Both the position numbers and the translations under genes were made by a program. Under the pieces are notes generated by a model. That model worked only from the letters and a program-made list of their open reading frames with translations. It searched no databases and was not told the DNA's origin. DNA of 64,000 bases from Eledone cirrhosa (taxonomy: Eukaryota). Of the stretch, positions 11,473 through 23,665 are shown one piece after another (position 1 is the first letter of the stretch; each line of letters opens with the position of its first letter). The DNA lies in contig OZ024758.1 of assembly GCA_964016885.1 (NCBI GenBank), positions 25,854,001 through 25,918,000 on the forward strand, given 5' to 3'.

Positions 11473-13675
11473 CAGCAACTGCAGAGGATATGCGATGGCT
11501 GGAGAGAAATGAGGCAAGCATGCTCCGTTGGATGTGCAATGTCAATGTGTGTTAACGACCCACCATGAATGTGTTGAGAGAGAAACTGTGTCTGAGAGGG
11601 ATAGAATGTAGTGTGTGGGAGAGAAGACTGAGGTGGTATGGACATGTGATGTGTTGAGAGAGAAACTGTGTCTGAGAGGGATAAAATGTAGTGTGTGGGA
11701 GAGAAGACTGAGGTGGTATGGACATGTGATGTGTTGAGAGAGAAACTGTGTCTGAGAGGGATAAAATGTAGTGTGCGAGAGAGGAGACTGCGGTGGTATG
11801 GACATGTGATGTTTGGAGAGAGAAACTGTGTCTGAGAGGGATAAAATGTAGTGTGTGAGAGAGGAGACTGAGGTGGTATGGACATGTGATGTGTTGAGAG
11901 AGAAACTGTGTCTGAGAGGGATAAAATGTAGTGTGTGAGAGAGGAGACTGAGGTGGTATGGACATGTGATATGTTGAGAGAGAAACTGTGTCTGAGAGGG
12001 ATAAAAGGTAGTGTGTGGCAGAGAAGACTGAGGTGGTATGGACATGTGATGTTTGGAGAGAGAAACTGTGTCTGAGAGGGATAAAATGTAGTGTGTGAGA
12101 GAGGAGACTGAGGTGGTATGGACATGTGATGTGTTGAGAGTGAAACTGTGTCTGAGAGGGATTGAATGTAGTGTGCGAGAGAGGAGACTGCGGTGGTATG
12201 GACATGTGATGTGTTGAGAGTGAAACTGTGTCTGAGAGGGATTGAATGTAGTGTGCGAGAGAGGAGACTGCGGTGGTATGGACATGTGATGTGTTGAGAG
12301 AGAAACTCTGTCTGAGAGGGATAGAATGTAGTGTGCGAGAGAGGAGACTGCGGTGGTATGGACATGTGATGTGTTGAGAGAGAAACTGTGTCTGAGAGGG
12401 ATAAAAGGTAGTGTGTGGCAGAGAAGACTGAGGTGGTATGGACATGTGATGTGTTGAGAGAGAAACTGTGTCTGAGAGGGATAGAATTGTGTGTGAGAGA
12501 GGAGACTGCGGTGGTATGGACATGTGATGTTTGGAGAGAGAAACTGTGTCTGAGAGGGATAAAATGTAGTGTGTGGGAGAGGAGACTGAGGTGGTATGGA
12601 CATGTGATGTGTTTAGAGAGAAACTGTGTCTGAGAGGGATAGAATTGTGTGTGAGAGAGGAGACTGCGGTGGTATGGACATGTGATGTTTGGAGAGAGAA
12701 ACTGTGTCTGAGAGGGATAGAATGTAGTGTACGAGAGAGGTGACTGAGGTGATATGGACATGTGATGTGTTGAGAGAGAAACTGTGTCTGAGAGGGATAG
12801 AATGTAGTGCGAGAGAGGAGACTGAGGTGGTATGGACATGTGATGTGTTGAGAGAGAAACTGTGTCTGAGAGGGATAGAATGTAGTGCGAGAGAGGAGAC
12901 TGAGGTGGTATGGACATGTGATGTGTTGAGAGAGAAACTGTGTCTGAGAGGGATAGAATGTAGTGTACGGGAGAGGAGACTGAGGTGGTATGGACATCTG
13001 ATGTTTGGAGAGAGAAACTGCATCTGAGAGGGATAAAATGTAGTGTCTGAGAGAGGAGACTGAGGTGGTATGGACATGTGATGTTTGGAGAGAGAAACTG
13101 TGTCTGAGAGGGATGAAATGTAGTGTGTGGCAGAGAAGACTGAGGTGGTATGGACATGTGATGTGTTGAGAGAGAAACTGTCTGAGAGGGATAGAATTGT
13201 GTGTGAGAGAGGAGACTGAGGTGGTATGGACATGTGATGTGTTGAGAGAGAAACTGTGTCTGAGAGGGATAGAATGTAGTGTGTGAGAGAAGAGACTGCG
13301 GTAGTATGGACATGTGATGTGTTGAGAGAGAAACTGTGTCTGAGAGGGATAGAATGTAGTGTGTGGGAGAGGAGACTGCGGTGGTATGGACATGTGATGT
13401 GTTGAGAGAGAAACTGTGTCTGAGAGGGATAGAATGTAGTGTGCGAGAGAGGAGACTGCGGTGGTATGGACATGTGAAGCGCATGGAGGATGACCGATGG
13501 GTGAAAAAGTGCCAGGGAATGCCAAATGAAGGAAGACGTGGTAAGGTAGACCACGAAAAACATGGGCGGAGGTGGTGAGAACAGACCGTGACAAGTGGAG
13601 AGATGCTGTGCTGAATAAGACCCGTCCCACCCTTGCAAGCAGGGAAAAGCGGACGTAAAATGATGGTGATAATGA
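11468..13675 (+). pseudogene. RTE LINE 3' fragment interrupted by its own 80-bp tandem expansion
   Basis: WAATAEDMRWLERNEASMLRWMC before the array and RMEDDRWVKKC plus the RTE tail after it. Confidence 0.9.
11568..13477. repeat. LINE-derived minisatellite, ~24 x 80 bp
   Basis: Unit GTGTTGAGAGAGAAACTGTGTCTGAGAGGG...GGACATGTGAT with period 80 (11571, 11651, 11731...). Confidence 0.95.
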
Positions 13676-13680
13676 TGTTG

Positions 13681-13730
<50 letters not shown>

Positions 13731-13884
13731 CTAAGCAGAAAAGTGACAGTGACTTCGAAGTTTCAGGCTGGTCACTTATTACAGCCATTTTTCTACTAAA
13801 TTGTCACAGTACCCACCAGTATTGAGTACTTAGTTAATGTTTGAATGATTTAAATACTATGGTGTTTTAAACACACATTCTAAT

Positions 13885-14355
13885 ATGTGTGGGTGTTTGT
13901 GTGTCTCTGTGTGGTGTGTGTGTGTGTGTGGTGTGTGGTGTGGTGTGGTGTGTGGTGTGTGGTGTGTGTGTGTGTGTGGTGTCAGTGTGTGGTGTGTATG
14001 TGTATGTTTGTATGTGGTGTATATGTGTGTCTCTGAGCATGTGTGTGTGTATGTTTGTCTGAGCATGGGTGTGTGAATGTGTCTGAGCATGTGTGTGTAT
14101 GTTTGTCTGAGCATGTGTGTGTGTTAGTCTGTCTGTATGTGTGTGTCTGAGCATGTGTGTGTATGTTTGTCTGAGCATGTGTGTGTGTTAGTCTGTCTGT
14201 ATGTGTGTGTCTGAGCATGTGTGTGTATGTTTGTCTGAGCATGTGTGTGTGTATGTTAGTCTGTATGAGTGTGTGTGTGTGTGTCTAAACATGTATGTGT
14301 GTATGTCTGTCTGTATGTGTGTCTGAGCATGTGTGTATATGTCTGTCTGTATGTC
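13885..14355. repeat. TG-rich compound repeat
   Basis: (GT)n with recurring TCTGAGCATG. Confidence 0.9.
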
Positions 14356-14553
14356 AGACAGTCACTGTCCCCTCTACTATTTCAATGGTGTAACAAGTGT
14401 CACTTTATTTAACCCTAGGTCAGACAGAAACAAACACCTACCATCAATTGTTTTTCTTTATCTTTTTTAAAGCTTATTTTGCCTCCAGGAGGTCTTCTCT
14501 TTTTATGTTTTTATTTTATGCTCTTTCTATTTTATTTTTTAGTTTTATATTAT

Positions 14554-14914
14554 GGAGCCACGTGGCTTAGTGGTTAGAGCATTGGGCTTGCAATCGAAAG
14601 GTTGTGAGTTCAATTCTCAAACCGGGAGATGTGTTGTTTCTTTGAGCAAGACACTTTATTTCACATTGCTCCAGTTTACTCAGCTGTAGAAATGAGATGA
14701 TATAGAAATGAGATGATAGGACTGGGGTCCCTATCATTCTACTGCAAAGTGGTCGTGGGGGTGCCACGGCAAAAAAGAACCCAGCACTCACTGTAAATGA
14801 GGTTGGTGTTAGGAAGGGCATCCAGCTGTAGAAATCAAGCCAGAATCAGTTCCCGTTCCACCCTTGCAAGCAGGGAAAAAGGGGACGTAAAATGATGATG
14901 ATGATGATGATGAT
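14554..14914 (+). mobile_element. Family-A SINE, full length
   Basis: A and B boxes, CORE-like body, RTE tail, (GAT)n. Confidence 0.9.
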
Positions 14915-15342
14915 TCACTTATCTCTGTATATCTTTTTATTTTGTTTGTTTCTCAATTATAAGAAGTACTAGATACCCCCCCCCCTAGTCTACCATGGCT
15001 TACTAGCTCCATACGGACGTTTAAATTGATTAATTAAATAAATATATATATGTGGGTGTGTGCATGTATGTATATATAGGTGTATGTATGTGTATATGTA
15101 CATGTGTATGTATGTATGTACGTGTACGTATGTATGTGTGTATATCTACGTATGTTTGTGTATGAGTATAAGTAATGTGTGTGTGGGTAGGTGTGTATGT
15201 ATGTATATATGTATGTATATGTACGTATGTTTATGTATGTGTGTGTGTGAGTATAAGTATATGCGTGTGGGGGGTAGGTGTGCATGTATGTATATTTATA
15301 TAAATAAATATATATATATATATATAATTATATATATATATA

Positions 15343-15382
<40 letters not shown>

Positions 15383-15639
15383 TATATATATATATATACA
15401 ATTAAGCATGTTTCGTTCATGTCCTTTTAGAATAGAATGGAATATACTTTGGAATAAATGTGGCTGCTACTTTTAGCCAGTCAAGCGACCACATAGAGGT
15501 TCCCTTGTATTCTCAACTATAAGGAATATTAGATACTACCTCTGGGTCTGCCATAGCTTACTAGCTCTATACGGACCTTTGAATTGATTAAATAAATAAG
15601 TATGTTCTGTTCATGACTTATACGTTCTTCTTTAATAAT

Positions 15640-15769
15640 TGTTTCTTCGTTAGGCACAAGGCCAACAATTATCCAGTGTATTACTGGTACTTTATTTTAT
15701 CGACCCCGTAAGGATGAAAGGCAAAGTTAACCTCGGCGGGATTTGAACTCAGAATAGCAAGGGCCGTAA
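15640..15769 (-). mobile_element. 5'-truncated family-B SINE with a 13-bp TSD
   Basis: CTTCTTTAATAAT at 15627-15639 and 15770-15782. Confidence 0.8.
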
Positions 15770-16397
15770 CTTCTTTAATAATACGGTGGGATACACTTTG
15801 AAAGAAGAAATGCGGCTGCTACTTTTAGCCAGTCAATCGACCACGTAGAGGTTCTCTCGTTACATCAACTGGAGTATATTGTTAGGGAGATGCAATTTAC
15901 GTTGTAAACTAGTGTTTTGCTCAGCCCTTCCATTACATTTTCTTTAATATTGCAACATTAAAAGAATATATCTTTCTGAATGAATCGCGAGCTATTTATA
16001 ATGTTATCGAAGCATTTGTAATGTTATTTATGTATATATTTTAAAGTTAGATGAGATTTATGTAAAAGTTTATTAAGTAACCTAAATTGCTTGAAAATGC
16101 TCTGTTGTATGGTTGAAAGTAAGAAAAATGTTTAATAGAAAATTAAAACTAGAGAGAGAGAAATAAAACAAAGACCGATCCCTACCCACGCAATGCATGA
16201 GAGAGTTTCAGAAAAGCATGAGAATAAGCTGCTCATATATAAACAAAGAATAGTCGGTTAGGTGAGAGACCAGTTGACTGAGGGAGAGATGAGACGAAAG
16301 ATATACCCGTTAGAAAATAGAAGCAGAGTTTGGTCTATGAACAGGTTTGTTTAAAATAAGATAGAAGAACTGACAGATCTAAAATTCAAGTTTATAA

Positions 16398-16581
16398 TAA
16401 TAATTGTTGCTACTTTTGGCACAAGGGGCCAGCAATTATCTCAGTGCATTACTGGTACTTTATTTTATCGACTCCCGTAAGGATGAAAGGCAAAGTTAAC
16501 CTCAGTGGGATTTGAACTCAGAACGTAAAGGGGCATGCCTCTATGCTGCAAAGCATGGTGTCTGACGCTCCACCGGTACTG

Positions 16582-16635
<54 letters not shown>

Positions 16636-16838
16636 GTTTCAGATTTGGGCACAAAGCCCACAATTTTGAGGAAGGAGAAAGTTGATTTAAATCGACCTCC
16701 AGTGCATTACTGGTACTTTATTTTATCGACCCCTGCAAGGATGAAAAGCAAAGTTAACCTCGGCGGGATTTGAACTCAGAACGTAAAAGGCCACAACTCT
16801 ATGCTGCAAAGCATGGTGTCTGACGCTCTACCGATACT
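16398..16838 (-). mobile_element. Two family-B SINEs separated by an (AAT)n tail
   Basis: Two bodies, with (AAT)n at ~16583-16633. Confidence 0.8.
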
Positions 16839-16973
16839 AATAATAATGTAAATAAAGAAAAGGCACATCAACGCAAGCTATAAATAGTCACAACAAAAGA
16901 GCTAATATCATTAGCAAAAGCAGATGACAACATAAGCTCTGTATGAAACAGACAACGAGCCAGGCTTACTAAC

Positions 16974-17280
16974 ACTTACCGTAAAGCATTGGTGATAGCA
17001 GAAAAGATAGGCGAAGTGCATAGGGGCGATTATTAAATGCAAACCTTTAATAGTTATGATATAATTTAATATCTAAATATCTAGGTTCGGACTGATCTAG
17101 TTCAGAAATATAAAGGATAATTATAATTGATAGAGAAATGTGACAAAACTGCTTCGCCGTGACTAGTAATTAGGGAAGTGGGTAGCAGTCTTGTAACAAT
17201 GAGATGATAATATGTAGGTGGAGTCAGCAGCAACTGTAAAGGTCACACCCGAGGTCATTGATGTGATAGCTGAGGTCAGA
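16974..17280 (-). promoter_or_regulatory. Candidate first exon and promoter
   Basis: Consensus donor CGG|GTAAGT (exon edge 16980) in unique sequence, and three AGGTCA half-sites at 17240-17278. Confidence 0.3.
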
Positions 17281-17678
17281 GACTAGTTTTTGATAGCGTT
17301 AATAATACACGTTGTAAAAAGCCTTCAGTCTAGGTCTCATTGGCAAAGCTTCAAAATCGATTTAAACATAGAACTGCAACAGATTCTCTCATACGTGTGC
17401 TCGTGCGTATGTATGTATGTTTGTGTGTATGTATGTATGTGCATGTATACACATGCATACACACACACACATGCGCTATATACATGCATACACACACGCA
17501 CATACTCTATACACATTAATTCATACGAATACGCACCTTACAGTTTAATTTAATTCCTATGTATTGTTTAAAGTATAAAATAGTAAAAGTTTGTAAATGA
17601 AAAACCAGCTTTTGTTTACTACAACGAAATATTTATATCTAGAGCCATATGCGTATTATGTAGCTTTTTGTTGTGCTT

Positions 17679-17713
<35 letters not shown>

Positions 17714-17830
17714 TTACACAGGCTGTCCCCGAAAAATGTATGCACACTTCAACAGCATTCTAATAAGTGTATACATTTTTGGGGGGCGAGGTGAGAGGAC
17801 ATCCTGTATAAATGCGAAAACTCATCGCTT

Positions 17831-17887
<57 letters not shown>

Positions 17888-17947
17888 TATACACAAACTC
17901 ATACATATATAATCACACACATATATACATATATATATATATATATG

Positions 17948-18131
17948 TAGGTCCCGGGTTGAGTCGGGGATAACCACAGTAAGTAAGGTACTCAATACAT
18001 GGCAGAGTAAATTTTTTTTTTATTTTATAGAATTAGCTTCTACAGGACTAGTACTGTTTCATTCAGATGAAATCTTCAGGAAGATTTCATCTGAATGAGA
18101 CAGTACTAGTCCTGTAGAAGCTCCTTCTATA

Positions 18132-18140
<9 letters not shown>
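17948..18140 (-). mobile_element. Fold-back element with a hammerhead core at the apex, in (TA)n
   Basis: Palindrome 18035-18122 (one mismatch). The minus strand reads CUGAAGA-UUUCAUCUGAAU-GAAA-CAGUACUAG-UC, with a tail to 17948. Confidence 0.7.
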
Positions 18141-18163
<23 letters not shown>

Positions 18164-18302
18164 CACACACATATATACACATTTAAACACACACATATAT
18201 ACATATATACACACATATATACATATATGCATACATATACATATACACATACATATACACACAAAAATACATATACACACATACATACACCCACACATAC
18301 AT

Positions 18303-18360
<58 letters not shown>

Positions 18361-18807
18361 CAATTTAAGAGATTACAGAAATAAGTGGCATGAAGCAAGA
18401 TAAATATGCTTAGAAGTGATAGTATAATACTTATTAACCCAGAAGCTGGGTGAACTGGGGCAATGGAGACTAGCGGTCTACCTTGGAAAACAACGAAATC
18501 ATCAGCAATGTGGACTTGAACTTATGACCCATAAAATAGCTATTCCAACGCCTGCGGCTAACCAGCTCAACGCCTAAGGTGGTGAGTAGGGACGTAGCCC
18601 TGGGGCCAAGGACACCAGAAGTCTCCACTGCTAGGGACTCGACTGCAAACCTGTCGGAGAGCGACCGATATTTGGAGAGTTTTATACCCTCCTCAGCCCG
18701 AATGCAGCAGAGCCTGGGTTAGTCACCCACTCAGTTATCTAACTAAAAACCACAGTTAAACACTGCTTTCTGCTCTTCTTTATATTCCTCCATCCTACCC
18801 AACTATA

Positions 18808-19182
18808 CGCTGCTCCACTCCATCCTACTCCACTCTGCTCCACTCCATCATACTCCACTCTGCTCCACTCCATCATACTCCACTCCATCATACTCCACTC
18901 TGCTCCAGTCTACGCTGCTCCACTCCATCCAACTCCACTCTACGCTGCTCCACTCCATCCAACTCCACTCTGCTCCACTCCATCCTACTCTACGCTGCTC
19001 CACTCCATCCTACTCTACGCTGCTCCACTCCATCCTACTCTACGCTGCTCCACTCCATCCTACTCTACGCTGCTCCACTCCATCCTACTCCACTTTGCTC
19101 CACTCCATTCTGCTCCACTCCATCCTACTCCACTCTGCTCCACTCTACGCTGCTCCACTCAATCCTACTCCACTCCACTCCC
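18808..19182. repeat. Degenerate pentamer-based repeat (CTCCA/CTCTG/CATCC)
   Basis: Direct inspection. Confidence 0.9.
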
Positions 19183-20131
19183 CACCATACACTGCCAAAA
19201 CAATGTGGATTTAACAATAAATTGAAATAAGAGCTGAGCTGAAGAAAAGGTGAAGATGTGGATTGTGAGAAGTGGCTTAATGGCTAGGGGGTATGAGGTG
19301 CTTATGGAGAGAAGTGTGGGGGTTGGTGTGATAGATGGTGGGGGAGAGGGAGCTAGCTGACTGTAGAGTGAGATAATTGTTTTTTGTGTGTGTTTGTTGT
19401 TATTTTTTCGTCTTGTTTTTTTTCATATTTTTAATTTTTATTGTAGCAATTTAGAATTGTTAGTCAAACATACAGAAAAAGAAAGAAGTATTGAGAAGGA
19501 CTTTCGCGAGCCGACCGACAAGGTCCCAGACCCCATTGGCTTAACGAGTGATGTGGAGCTTTTCAAATCGGACCGAGGAAACAATGTTTCCATTGGTCTT
19601 TGGTCTTTCTAATTGCTAATACTATCTGTCGGTTGCAAATCCAGGCAGAGGGAGCAACGTGAAATAAAGTGTTTTGCTCAAGGACATAACACATCGCCCG
19701 GTAAGGGTATCGAAATCACAACCTCACGATTGCGAATCCAATTCTCTATCAACTCTGCCATACTCCTTCGCATAGGGAAGGACTATAAATGCCATAAATG
19801 AGAGGAAAAGGAGGGAACAAACAAAGACTATTAAGCAACGGAAGGAAGAGAGGGGAAGGGCAGGTGGGGTTTTTTGTGTGTTTGTTTGTTGTTGTTGTTG
19901 TTTTTTTAATTGCATATTTGTACTTTAATAGAAATGACGGACGGACGGACTAACAGACACGCCTCTTATAACACTATAGATGAACAAACTTAAAATAAAC
20001 CTAATATCATAAACGACATTGCAAGAGCTAACTTTGTAAAAATTGCCAGATTTCTTTAATACTATTAAAGAAATCTGGCAATTTTTATACACTCACAAAG
20101 AAACAAGAAAACTTTTCAAAAATTAAAACAC

Positions 20132-20700
20132 CAGACCTGCCAAGCTCTAAAAACCTAAACGGGGAGTATCATAAAAAAACGTGGGAGAATTGAGGCAAAT
20201 GGAGAGATTTTACAGAATTGTTTCTACTTTTGGCACAAGGCCACAATTACCCAGTACATTACTGGTACTTTATTTTATCGACTCTGTAAGGATGAAAGGC
20301 AAAGTTTACCTCGGCGGGATTTGAACTCGGAATGGCAAGGGTCGTAACTCTATGCATCAAAGCATGGCGTCCAACCCTCTACCGATACTGCCAATCCACC
20401 TTTTTACATAATTGTTTCTACTTTAGGCACAAGGCCAGCAATTACCCAGTGCATTACTGGTACTTTATTTTATCGACCCCGTAAGGATGAAAGGCAAAGT
20501 CAACCTTGGCGGGATTTGAACTCAGATCGTAAAGGGACGTAACTATGCTCGAAAGCATGGCGTCCGACCCTCTACCGATACTGCTAATCCACCTTTTTAC
20601 ATAATGAAAGCTATACCCATTTTCAGAAGAGAAGACATCTCTGACCCACCCCAAAGTGGGTGGGAAATCTCCGTCAGATGGGGGAGAGTTGACATGTCTG
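20132..20700. mobile_element. Putative DNA-transposon MITE with a nested family-B SINE dimer
   Basis: TIR-like CAGACCTGCCAA...TTGACATGTCTG, with SINEs at 20215-20593. Confidence 0.5.
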
Positions 20701-20762
20701 CAACACAGCTTCAATCGCCAGGACCTCAAGGTGGGTGAACTGGGCCCTTAAGTTTTATTCAT

Positions 20763-21121
20763 AGTGGTGGTGGTGGTGGTTGTGGTGGTGTTGGTGATGG
20801 CTGTGGTTGTGGTGGCACTGGTGCTGGTGCTGGTTGTGGTGGTGTTGGTGATGGTTGTGGTTGTGGTGATGGTTGTGGTTGTGGTGCTGGTTGTGGTGGT
20901 GCTGGTGCTGGTTGTGGTGGTGTTGGTGATGGTTGTGGTTGTGGTGCTGGTTGTGCTGGTGCTGGTGATGGTTGTGGTTGTGGTGATGGTTGTGGTGGTG
21001 GTGGTTGTGGTGGTGCTGATGATGGTTGTGGTGGTGCTGGTGATGGTTGTGGTAGTGGTAGTTGTGGTTGTGGTAGTGGTAGTTGCGGTGGTGTTGGTGG
21101 TAGTTGTGGTTGTGGTGGTGG
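20763..21121. repeat. (GGT/GTT)n trinucleotide-based repeat
   Basis: Direct inspection. Confidence 0.95.
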
Positions 21122-21431
21122 CATGTGGACAGAATTTAGTGAAGCTTGTTTCTGTTTTATTTTAGCTAAAGTCTCTCATCCATTTAAGGTCAATAAAAAA
21201 AAAGTACCAGTCAAGTACTGGGGGTTGATTCTTCCTCTATATCTCTTTCTCACTTCCTCTCTCTCACTCTCCCTTATCTTTCTCTGGAAGAAATCTGCTT
21301 TATTCAGCCCTGGAGAGGAGATGGGTTCCACCAGGTTTTAAAAACATACCCTAGAAATACCATATGCCAAGGCAGCGCCCCTACAACTCCCTCGGGAGTT
21401 AAGGAACTAGCAACAAGATGTCTGCCAAGTG

Positions 21432-22216
21432 CAGCGTTCCTCGACCTTTTTAGCCCCTTGGAACCCTTGAAATAGTTTTCATGTCTCAGGGAACCCTGCA
21501 TCAAGGGAAAAAAAATTATATACCATTCAATTCAATCCAGAGACATTTCACTCCTACCAAAGGAACCCCTCCCTGAGTGAGCTCCACAGTTTTCTGTTTT
21601 GGTGTTGGTCATGTCAGGGGATCCTCCAACGAGATATACCTTGGAGGCACATGGCTTAGTGGTTAGAGCATTGGCCTTGCAATCGAAAGGTTGTGAGTTC
21701 AATTCTCAGACCGGGTGATGTGTTGTTTCCTTGAGCAAGACACTTTATTTCACATTGCTCCAGTTTACTCAGCTGTAGAAATGAGATGATAGGGACTGGG
21801 GTCCATATCATTCCACTGCAAAGTGGTCATGGAGGTGCCACGGCCAAAAAGCACCCAGCACTCACTGTAAATGAGGTTGGTGTTAGGAAGGGCATCCAGC
21901 TGTAGAAATCAAGCCAGAATCAGTTCCCGTCCCACCCTTGCAAGCAGGGAAAAGTGGACGTAAAATGATGATGATGAGGCCAGCTCACACCTGCATAGGT
22001 GTGAGCTGTCACACACACATGTCAGGGGTGTAGCCATACTCGCCATGCTTGACCAGTTACGAGTTGGTGAGGCTATTTAACCCATAGCTGTGTAAACTCA
22101 TTTCTACGGCTGAGTGGACTAAATGCAATAGTTTATTTATCACAGTTTCTTGCAGAACCCATAGCGACCTCTTGCGAAACCCTAGGGTCCTGGGGGACAC
22201 TGGTTGAGAAACAGTG
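21432..22216. mobile_element. Old hAT-type non-autonomous element with a nested family-A SINE (21643-21977)
   Basis: CAGCGTTCCTCGACC...GGTTGAGAAACAGTG, with a degenerate 8-bp TSD GCCAAGTG/GTCTAGTG. Confidence 0.55.
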
Positions 22217-22994
22217 GTCTAGTGTGTAGATACTGTATGACCTACATTCCGAGGGCTCATGGATACATTTATGGATACATTCAGCCAATCGCTACCAGCG
22301 TAGGAGAATGTATCTCGACTTCCGCCCAGAGGGAAAAATTCCCGCGGCGATTCAAAAATCTCCCTCTTGCTGCTTTGGACTCTGAAAGGTCAACACGCAA
22401 TTATGTGACGGTGAGATTTTCATATTGGCCTGTCGACCTCCTTTGGCCCCGGCACAGTGCCTTTTCTTTACTTCTTAAAACTCTTAATTTTGTTTGTTCT
22501 CTTCTTTGACTTGTCGACCCAGCTTAACTTTTGTGGTCGATTATAAAAAAAACTTAAAATATTATAAAGTCTCATATTATTTTCTACAAAGCCTACAATG
22601 AACTACAACTACTTCAACAAACATTCACTTTATGGTAAACTTGGCCTCTCTCTCACTTAACAAAAGTTACATTTCTCACTACAACAAACAACAACAATAA
22701 CAGTTATTGTTATTAATATTATGCCATGTAGGCATAATATTATTTTTCTGCTAAAATACAAAAATAGATGATAAACGGATATATAACATGTTTGTTTTTA
22801 AAACACAAGTACTTATATGAAGTAAGAATCATTGTATGAATAAATTAAAGGAATTTTAGAAAATCATTTTTTTTTATGGAAGGAAAAGAAATAAGGTCGA
22901 TAAAAAAAGTACCAGTCAACTACTGGGGTCGATTCTTCCCTTAAATCTCTTTCCCACTTCCATTCTCTCACTCTGTCTATCTTTCTGTGGAAAT

Positions 22995-23365
22995 CTAAAG
23001 ATACCTTCCACCCCTCCTCACACCTGCCTCAAAGTCTCTAAAGATACCTTCCACCCCTCCCTTCCTCACACCTGCCTCAAAGTCTCTAAAGATACCTTCC
23101 GCCCCTCCCTTCCTCACACCTGCCTCAAAGTCTCTAAAGATACCTTCCACCCCTCCCCTCCTCACACCTGCCTCAAAGTCTCTAAAGATACCTTCCACCC
23201 CTCCCTTCCTCACACCTGCCTCAAAGTCTCTAAAGATACCTTCCACCCCTCCCTTCCTCACACCTGCCTCAAAGTCTCTAAAGATACCTTCCACCCCTCC
23301 AGTCTCTGAAGATACCTTCCACCCCTCCAGTCTCTGAAGATACCTTCCACCCACCCTTCCTGACA
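22995..23365. repeat. Minisatellite, 6 x 48 bp plus shorter units
   Basis: CTAAAGATACCTTCCACCCCTCCCTTCCTCACACCTGCCTCAAAGTCT, period 48. Confidence 0.95.
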
Positions 23366-23460
23366 CCTGTTTCAGAGTCTCTAAAAAGGTTACAAGTACT
23401 ATACTTCCCTCCCACACTTAACAGTATAAAACAGTAATAAATAAACAAGTGTTCACCCAC

Positions 23461-23598
23461 CAATACAGATCTTGTGAGATGACCTTCAGAAGACATGTTT
23501 TCATGTATCACAAAACCTGAACATTTAATTTTTAGCCAGGATTTCTGATTCATTGCCAAGTTTGGAGGCTCTTTAGCTGCCACTACAAGATAACTGCT
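23461..23598 (-). CDS. Candidate 138-nt exon, product unrecognised
   Basis: Acceptor GTTGTCACTCCTTTCAG, donor TTG|GTGGGT, and an open phase-0 frame SSYLVVAAKEPPNLAMNQKSWLKIKCSGFVIHENMSSEGHLTRSVL in unique sequence. Confidence 0.3.
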
Positions 23599-23665
23599 CT
23601 GAAAGGAGTGACAACATAGATAAAGCTACCACGTTCACTAACTAGTTTGCCTTCGATTCATATAC

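Noticed and set aside
11388-13696. 698- and 714-aa minus-strand ORFs
   Set aside because: Antisense reading of the 80-bp LINE-derived minisatellite.
20759-21165. Pro/Gln-rich or poly-Val ORFs
   Set aside because: Trinucleotide repeat without convincing splice or start context.
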